Both the position numbers and the translations under genes were made by a program. This document shows positions 58,798 through 64,000 of a stretch of 64,000 bases of DNA, one piece after another; the first letter of the stretch is position 1; every line of letters begins with the position of its first letter. The notes below the pieces were generated by a model that saw only the letters and a list, made by a program, of their open reading frames with translations, was not told where the DNA came from and made no database searches. The stretch is taken from positions 1 through 64,000 of the IMG/VR virus record IMGVR_UViG_3300032180_000385; one strand, written 5' to 3'. This DNA comes from an uncultured virus (IMG/VR IMGVR_UViG_3300032180_000385). Its lineage: Duplodnaviria > Heunggongvirae > Uroviricota > Caudoviricetes.

Positions 58798-59294
58798 GAC
58801 GAACCTGACTCGTCCTGGAAAAACTCTCTGCGCCTGACGGCAGCAATAACATACAACCCTCGCTCTGTCGGAATAGGGGCCAGTGTTATATCGACAGGAA
58901 GTTCCTGACCGCTCTTCGTCAGTAGCGAAAGAGCGAGGCCCGTGCCCATCGGGCGAATTACCGGGTTAGTCAGGTAAGCTTTCCGATGCGCCGCGTGCCC
59001 AGACCTCAGAACACTAGGTACCAGCATATCTATCGACTCTCCGCGCAGTTGTGATCGGTAATAACCAGTCAGCAGCTCCATCTGACGGTTAACCAGGAAA
59101 ATTTTTCCGGTCTCTCCCTCGACAATGGTAATAGCATCCGGAAAATCATCGAATATCTTGATAGTCAGATCAGCGACGAAAACTATGTCAGTGCGAGGAA
59201 TCTCCGGACGCAGCAGGAGATGCAGTACAGGCACAACATACGTTTCAACCGAATTATCCGCCAATTCACTGCCTCCCTGTTCACTATTTGTCAT
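58794..59294 (-). CDS. stand-alone PAS domain protein
   Basis: PDAITIV...GKIFLVN.QME.LTGY.RSQLRGESIDMLVP...RPMGTG...KSGQELPVDITLAP. Confidence 0.88.
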   Translation of the reverse strand: MTNSEQGGSELADNSVETYVVPVLHLLLRPEIPRTDIVFVADLTIKIFDDFPDAITIVEGETGKIFLVNRQMELLTGYYRSQLRGESIDMLVPSVLRSGHAAHRKAYLTNPVIRPMGTGLALSLLTKSGQELPVDITLAPIPTERGLYVIAAVRRREFFQDESGSS

Positions 59295-59746
59295 GGCGAA
59301 CCTGGCTTACCTGACGGACCATTTCGAGGCTCCCTGCGCCGAAGCGTAGCGATGACGAACAGGCCGTGCATTGTTGAAACGGGAGCGAGCATGATGTCCA
59401 CCGGAACCTCCCGCCCGCTCTTCGTCTGAATCGAAAGATTGAGGTTGGCGCCCATCTGCCGGACCTTAGGATCAACCATGTACCCGGTTCGGTGCTCGAG
59501 ATGCCGCGGACGGCGCTCTTGCGGCACGAGCATGTCCACCGTCTGGTTGCGCAACTCGCTACGGTGATAGCCGGTCAGGAACTCAGCCTGGTCATTGACG
59601 AGCCGGATCCGGCCGGTTTCCCCGTGCACGATGATGATCGCATCCGGTGACTGCTGGAAAATCTGAACAGCCAGGTCGGCGGTGAAGCGGATATCTTCGG
59701 CGATCTGACCGATTCCGCGCTCGTCCTGGTAACTCTCTGTGCTCAC
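59291..59746 (-). CDS. stand-alone PAS domain protein
   Basis: PDAIIIV...GRIRLVNDQAE.LTGY.RSEL....VDMLVP...RQMGA...KSGREVPVDIMLAP. Confidence 0.88.
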   Translation of the reverse strand: MSTESYQDERGIGQIAEDIRFTADLAVQIFQQSPDAIIIVHGETGRIRLVNDQAEFLTGYHRSELRNQTVDMLVPQERRPRHLEHRTGYMVDPKVRQMGANLNLSIQTKSGREVPVDIMLAPVSTMHGLFVIATLRRREPRNGPSGKPGSP

Positions 59747-60472
59747 TTAAGTCTCGCCTTCTAGTACCCGGAGAATAATAACTGCTGCGATCCGGTTCCC
59801 CGTCGGTGCCTCCCGACTGTCCAGAATCTCCCGGAGCATATCGGCTAGCGCCGCTTTCTCATTCGACGTAATGATCTGCGCCTGGTACCTTTCTAGCAAA
59901 TTGTCCAGCTCCGGCGTATGCGGGCTGTGCAGAATGCGCGCGGCGTCATAGGCGACGTTCTTCCAGAACACGTCGATCTTGGTTTCCAGCACGCCAGTCC
60001 GGTCAGCAACCGTGCTCAGCCGGTCAGTAACTGACTGAAGCGAGGGCACGACCCGCCGGTTGATCTCGTCGACCTTGCCTTCCAGCGCTCCGGTTCGGTC
60101 AGAAACGAGATTGAGCTTGTCTGTTGCCGCAAGGAGTGCCGGAGCGACCCGGCTATTAATGTCGGCGATGTCCCGCTCGTTCTTCTCGATTTTGCTGATA
60201 AAGCCCTCTACCGAACTAGCCACTACATCCTTTGCGATGCCCTGTATCTGGGCAACACGATCCTTAGAGCTATCCCTTCTCCGAGAGTACAGAAAAGAGA
60301 TAACAGCGACAAGAACAGCAGCTATCGCAGAAAGTATCGTGAGGATCTCGTAAAAAGCTACACCGCCGGACGAAGAAGATGCTGCCGCATCAGCCACCGT
60401 CAGTATCAGACCGCCTGCCACGCCCAGATTCCCTTCGCTCGCAAGGGACCGGCTCCAGCAGGCCGCGGTCAT
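59747..60472 (-). CDS. TM plus coiled-coil protein with internal repeat (start uncertain)
   Basis: TM EILTILSAIAAVLVAVISFLY; duplicated DRTG.LE.K.D; C-terminal LDNLLERY...NRIAAVIILR. Confidence 0.6.
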   Translation of the reverse strand: MTAACWSRSLASEGNLGVAGGLILTVADAAASSSSGGVAFYEILTILSAIAAVLVAVISFLYSRRRDSSKDRVAQIQGIAKDVVASSVEGFISKIEKNERDIADINSRVAPALLAATDKLNLVSDRTGALEGKVDEINRRVVPSLQSVTDRLSTVADRTGVLETKIDVFWKNVAYDAARILHSPHTPELDNLLERYQAQIITSNEKAALADMLREILDSREAPTGNRIAAVIILRVLEGET

Positions 60473-60657
60473 ATACGCTTAGCGTAGCGTACCTGTCTAG
60501 TACAGTCTAAGCCTCGCTCGCGGGGGATGATCCTTCCGGCGGAACGGTGAAATCGCGGTCACGTACCCAGCCCTGCCGTTCGAGGAGGACGGCCATCTCC
60601 TCGCTTACCACCGGCTTCGCGTGCACCGGCCCGTCCCGGAAGTCCATGCCTGGCAGT

Positions 60658-61738
60658 TTACAGGTCGTCTAGCGCCCGCAGCAGCTTCCTGGCGTTCGCT
60701 TCGAAAGTTCTGTCGGCAACAGCTTCCCGCGCCTGCTCCGCTATCTTGCCCCGTTCTGCCTCGTGCGTGATATACCAGTGCAGGATTTCGCTGGCATCTT
60801 CCGGGTCGGTGAACCGCGGCAGCATGTGCAGCACTTCGTCTCCTTCCGGGCGCGCGTCCCGAAGGAAGGGCAATCCGATGGCCGCCATCTCTACCTCGCG
60901 CGGCCCCATGGCCCAGCCCTGGCCAGCGTAGGCGTCTTCGGACTCACGCCGGTACAGATTGATCCCCATCTTTGCGTGCCGGTACAGCTCCGCCGTTTCC
61001 GTGTTGTCCACACAGGTATCGCGACCGTGCCCGATATACTTCCGCAGCCTGCTGTCCGGTGCCAGCTCCTCGTCCCAGTAATTGCCGCCAAGCAGCACGT
61101 CGAGGTTCCCCAGATCGAGGCGCTCGAAAAACTCGGCACGGCTCTTGAAGCAGGTTCCGATGAAGGTCAGATCGGCAGCCAGCTCCGGGTTCACCGGCCC
61201 GCGCCGAGGGTAGTGCACGTCCGGGCGGTACGCGTGCGGCATGTACAGCGCCGGGCCAAGTTCCCGGTACGCAGCGATATTAACTGGATCGTTGAGGAGG
61301 TTCAGGTCAGCATGCTGAGCCCGGTCCAGTTGCTCTCCGTCCTGATAAGTAAGGCGATTCTGTATGAAGGATCACTTGCTTCATTTTCCGTAGCTTGAAA
61401 AGCTGGAACATGCCCCCGGTAATAAAGAACCCGGACACGTACAGAATAACGTCAGGCCAGAAAGTCATCGCCGCGTGGGTCAGCCCCTGCATCGACATGA
61501 CGATGGCGTCCTTTTGACTCTTCACGGCCTGCTCGACGACAGGAAGCCCCTGTTCGTCCGTCACAATGTTGCCATGCTCATCTGTTTTCGGAAGAAGAGC
61601 CTTGGAATAAAACACGAGCCGATCGTTCAGGTTATACATAAGGACCTCATTGCCCAGCTCGCGCAATGCATCAGCCCATCCGTAGTAAACATCAGCAACC
61701 GAGAAGTCCGGGCCGGGGTGACATATCAGAATACGCAC
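60658..61738 (-). pseudogene. CgeB-like glycosyltransferase split by a 4-bp duplication
   Basis: GTG-RILICHPGPDFSVADV...HTESPY continues as QDGEQLDRA...YMPHAYRP in another frame; TAAG-TAAG at 61346-61353. Confidence 0.75.
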
Positions 61739-61847
61739 AAAACCACCTCCTCCCGATGACACACTCGAAATTTTATGGTACGATTTATTCGGCTCGGTAG
61801 CACCGGTCAGGGGTACTTCCGAGCCTGATCGCATCGGAGGTGCGACT

Positions 61848-62381
61848 ATGCCTGATCATACACAGGCGGAGCGCTGGCTGCCAGTGCCGGGGTACGAAGG
61901 ATTCTACGAGATCAGTAATCGCGGTCAGGTCCGCAGCATCCGCCACATGACGCAGGCCGGATGGCGCGGTGGCAAGCTGCTCTCACCGTTCCTCGATGCC
62001 GATGGGTACTTGCGTGTCAACCTCAGTCGTTATGGTGCTACTCGAAGTGTTACCATCCACACTCTCGTGCTGACAGCATTCGACCGTCCCCCTGCAAGCG
62101 GGGAGCAAGGCAGGCACGGACTCGGCGGGAAAACTGACAACCATCTAGAGAACCTGGAATGGGGAACGCCACAGGAAAACAGTGACGATAAATACAGAGA
62201 CGGCACGATGGCCTGTGGCGAGAAGCAGGGAAATTCAAAACTTACCGCTACTGATATAAAATCAATCAGAACTCGTCGTGCTGCCGGGGAGGAAGCAAGT
62301 TCACTAGCTCTTAACTTTAAAATAAGTGAGACACATGTAAACCGAATCGTAAAGCGTGAATCGTGGCGTCACATACCGTAG
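61848..62381 (+). CDS. NUMOD4-HNH homing endonuclease
   Basis: ERWLPVPGYEGFYEISNRGQVRS, IHTLVLTAF, RH..G.KTDNHLENLEWGT. Confidence 0.9.
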   Translation: MPDHTQAERWLPVPGYEGFYEISNRGQVRSIRHMTQAGWRGGKLLSPFLDADGYLRVNLSRYGATRSVTIHTLVLTAFDRPPASGEQGRHGLGGKTDNHLENLEWGTPQENSDDKYRDGTMACGEKQGNSKLTATDIKSIRTRRAAGEEASSLALNFKISETHVNRIVKRESWRHIP

Positions 62382-62391
62382 CTCAGTACAT

Positions 62392-62814
62392 TTAAATCAC
62401 GCCGCACTGCACACCAATCCTGGCTCCAAAGAAAGTCACTCCATTAAAAAGCAATCGCCCGTAGCTCTCAATTGCGATAGGCTCAGCGAAATGACAGGCT
62501 CCGCCCAAGGTTGGATCAACCATAATGGCTTCTGGAATACTACTCGATGTTATATTTTCTCCTATACCGAGAAAACTATCCAGGGCGCGTTGGACAGCCT
62601 CGCTAGGCGCTGCATCACTGATCGCAATAAGCACCCTTAGATTACAGGTGAACGCCCCGTCCATCGTAGCACCATAGGTAACGTATGGTTGGCCTGGCAA
62701 AATCACCGCGACAGGAGGCTGGATCGAGTCTTTCGCCTCGGCCATAACCCGCAGACCCGTCTTCGCGGCGATCTGATTCGCCAGGGCTGCCCGAACCGCA
62801 CCAAGATCAGCCAC
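62392..62814 (-). CDS. putative tail terminator / head-tail protein
   Basis: GTG-ADLGAVRAALA...PPVAVILPG...DPTLGG; synteny. Confidence 0.65.
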   Translation of the reverse strand: MADLGAVRAALANQIAAKTGLRVMAEAKDSIQPPVAVILPGQPYVTYGATMDGAFTCNLRVLIAISDAAPSEAVQRALDSFLGIGENITSSSIPEAIMVDPTLGGACHFAEPIAIESYGRLLFNGVTFFGARIGVQCGVI

Positions 62815-63272
62815 TAGTTCTCTCCTCCGCTTGCTTGCTCTCCCGAATGGTGCCGCAGGCGCTCCTCGACGTGCGCGAGATGCCGGGCATGAACGTCCGC
62901 AACAAACGCGGCCGTTATCGATCGGGTACCGGGGTGATCTGGATGATGACGGCGGCACAGGTTATAGGTCATTCCGGTAATGGGATCAGTCAGGGCATGA
63001 TGTCCTAGCCGCCAGCACCAGCGCTGATGACAATTGTGTTTCTTATAGATGGCAATTAGACCACCGATAATTGTCACTTCCGCCAGATCGCTGCCGAAAC
63101 CCGAGAAAAACCCATAGTAGGGACCTGGCTCGTTAATGGTACCGGTATGAAACTGAAGCCAGTAGCCCAGGCCGAAATGAGTCACGTTCCACTGCCAGAT
63201 TCCGTACGCTAGTACGCCTAGCAAGGCAACCGGAACAAGATACCAGAAAGTTTTCACACAAGTATGTCCCAT
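62814..63272 (-). CDS. membrane protein
   Basis: two TM; YYGFFSGFGSDL, HNCHQRWCWRLG, CRRHHP. Confidence 0.6.
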   Translation of the reverse strand: MGHTCVKTFWYLVPVALLGVLAYGIWQWNVTHFGLGYWLQFHTGTINEPGPYYGFFSGFGSDLAEVTIIGGLIAIYKKHNCHQRWCWRLGHHALTDPITGMTYNLCRRHHPDHPGTRSITAAFVADVHARHLAHVEERLRHHSGEQASGGEN

Positions 63273-63877
63273 TCCAGCGCCCAGGCTTCTTCCCGCTGGC
63301 CTGTGAACGGCATTAGCCTGCCCCAGGACACCATCCCCGCCGGATGTGTCAGGACCGCATGCCCGTCGTGCGGCAGGGAAATACCCATAACCAGGCCGGG
63401 TACCGGAGCATCCTCCGCAACCCGGAAGAAATCTCGCAGTCGCACCCGGCAGCCGCCACTCCTTGCCGCTTCCAGCGCGGCCTCGATCGACGTACCGCTG
63501 TCTACGGTCCCGCCGGCTAGGCGGTGCAAGGCCAGGATCTCATCGTCGGCTAGGACAATGCCGGTCACGGTCGCGAGATGGTAGGCGATCGCCAGGGCAG
63601 AGCAGGTTGGATAGACGTCGTTGAAGCCAGGCACTTTCGACATCACATCGGATGCCATGGCAGCTCGCTTAGCCGCCGTGTTCGCGGTAACCAGCGGGGA
63701 GACACTCGCCTTGTACAACGCCGCCTGGTGCTTCTGCTGCGCGGTCTGCTTCGCCTGTAGTGCGGCAAACTGCTTCTGTCCCGTCGGCAGCAGCGTGCGG
63801 GTTACCCACGACCGGGATCTCCGCGGGGTGTAGACCCGCTGCCACGGCCCGCCGCCCCACCCTTTTCCCCGGGCCAT
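63254..63877 (-). CDS. hypothetical protein, possible Cys-His peptidase-like C-terminus
   Basis: PTCSALAIA...GHAVL...VSWG. Confidence 0.45.
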   Translation of the reverse strand: MARGKGWGGGPWQRVYTPRRSRSWVTRTLLPTGQKQFAALQAKQTAQQKHQAALYKASVSPLVTANTAAKRAAMASDVMSKVPGFNDVYPTCSALAIAYHLATVTGIVLADDEILALHRLAGGTVDSGTSIEAALEAARSGGCRVRLRDFFRVAEDAPVPGLVMGISLPHDGHAVLTHPAGMVSWGRLMPFTGQREEAWALEWDILV

Positions 63878-64000
63878 AACCGGCCCTTACCGCTGGTGCG
63901 AGGACCCGCTACCCGGAGCATGACCACTGTGCCCGACGGAGTGAGGATCTGCGGGACAATACCCCAGCAGTTGGTCGTCGTCAGCACAGGTCTCGTCCTG

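Noticed and set aside
1..64000. tRNA, rRNA, integrase, capsid or terminase genes
   Set aside because: none recognised in this window; lifestyle and genome ends cannot be determined

Overview
This window is a 64-kb segment of a large, GC-rich actinobacterial siphophage or prophage. The right two-thirds is a minus-strand virion and lysis module: tail terminator, glycosyltransferase, a tail tube gene split by a 305-nt group I intron, tail assembly chaperones, a 5176-aa tape measure protein with ADP-ribosyltransferase-like and cell-wall hydrolase domains, Gly-rich minor tail proteins, a papain-like peptidase and a holin. Opposite-strand homing endonuclease genes interrupt this module repeatedly. 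The left third holds accessory and early genes (GH18-LysM, glycosyl and pyruvyl transferases, two Lsr2 genes, a PD-(D/E)xK nuclease, a tandem set of Zn-ribbon microgenes). The standout feature is a 2.4-kb cassette at 2814-5261, bounded by a perfect 16-bp direct repeat. It contains a nuclease-less Nop/IS110-C-terminal-like protein, an unknown 181-aa partner, and 16 stem-loop units with the 36-nt core GGTCCA-N9-CGAHAGCCA-N9-CGG. This matches an RNA-guided TIGR-Tas (TasA-type) system, with one guide unit lying in frame inside the partner gene. All family assignments come from motif recognition by eye; no searches were run.
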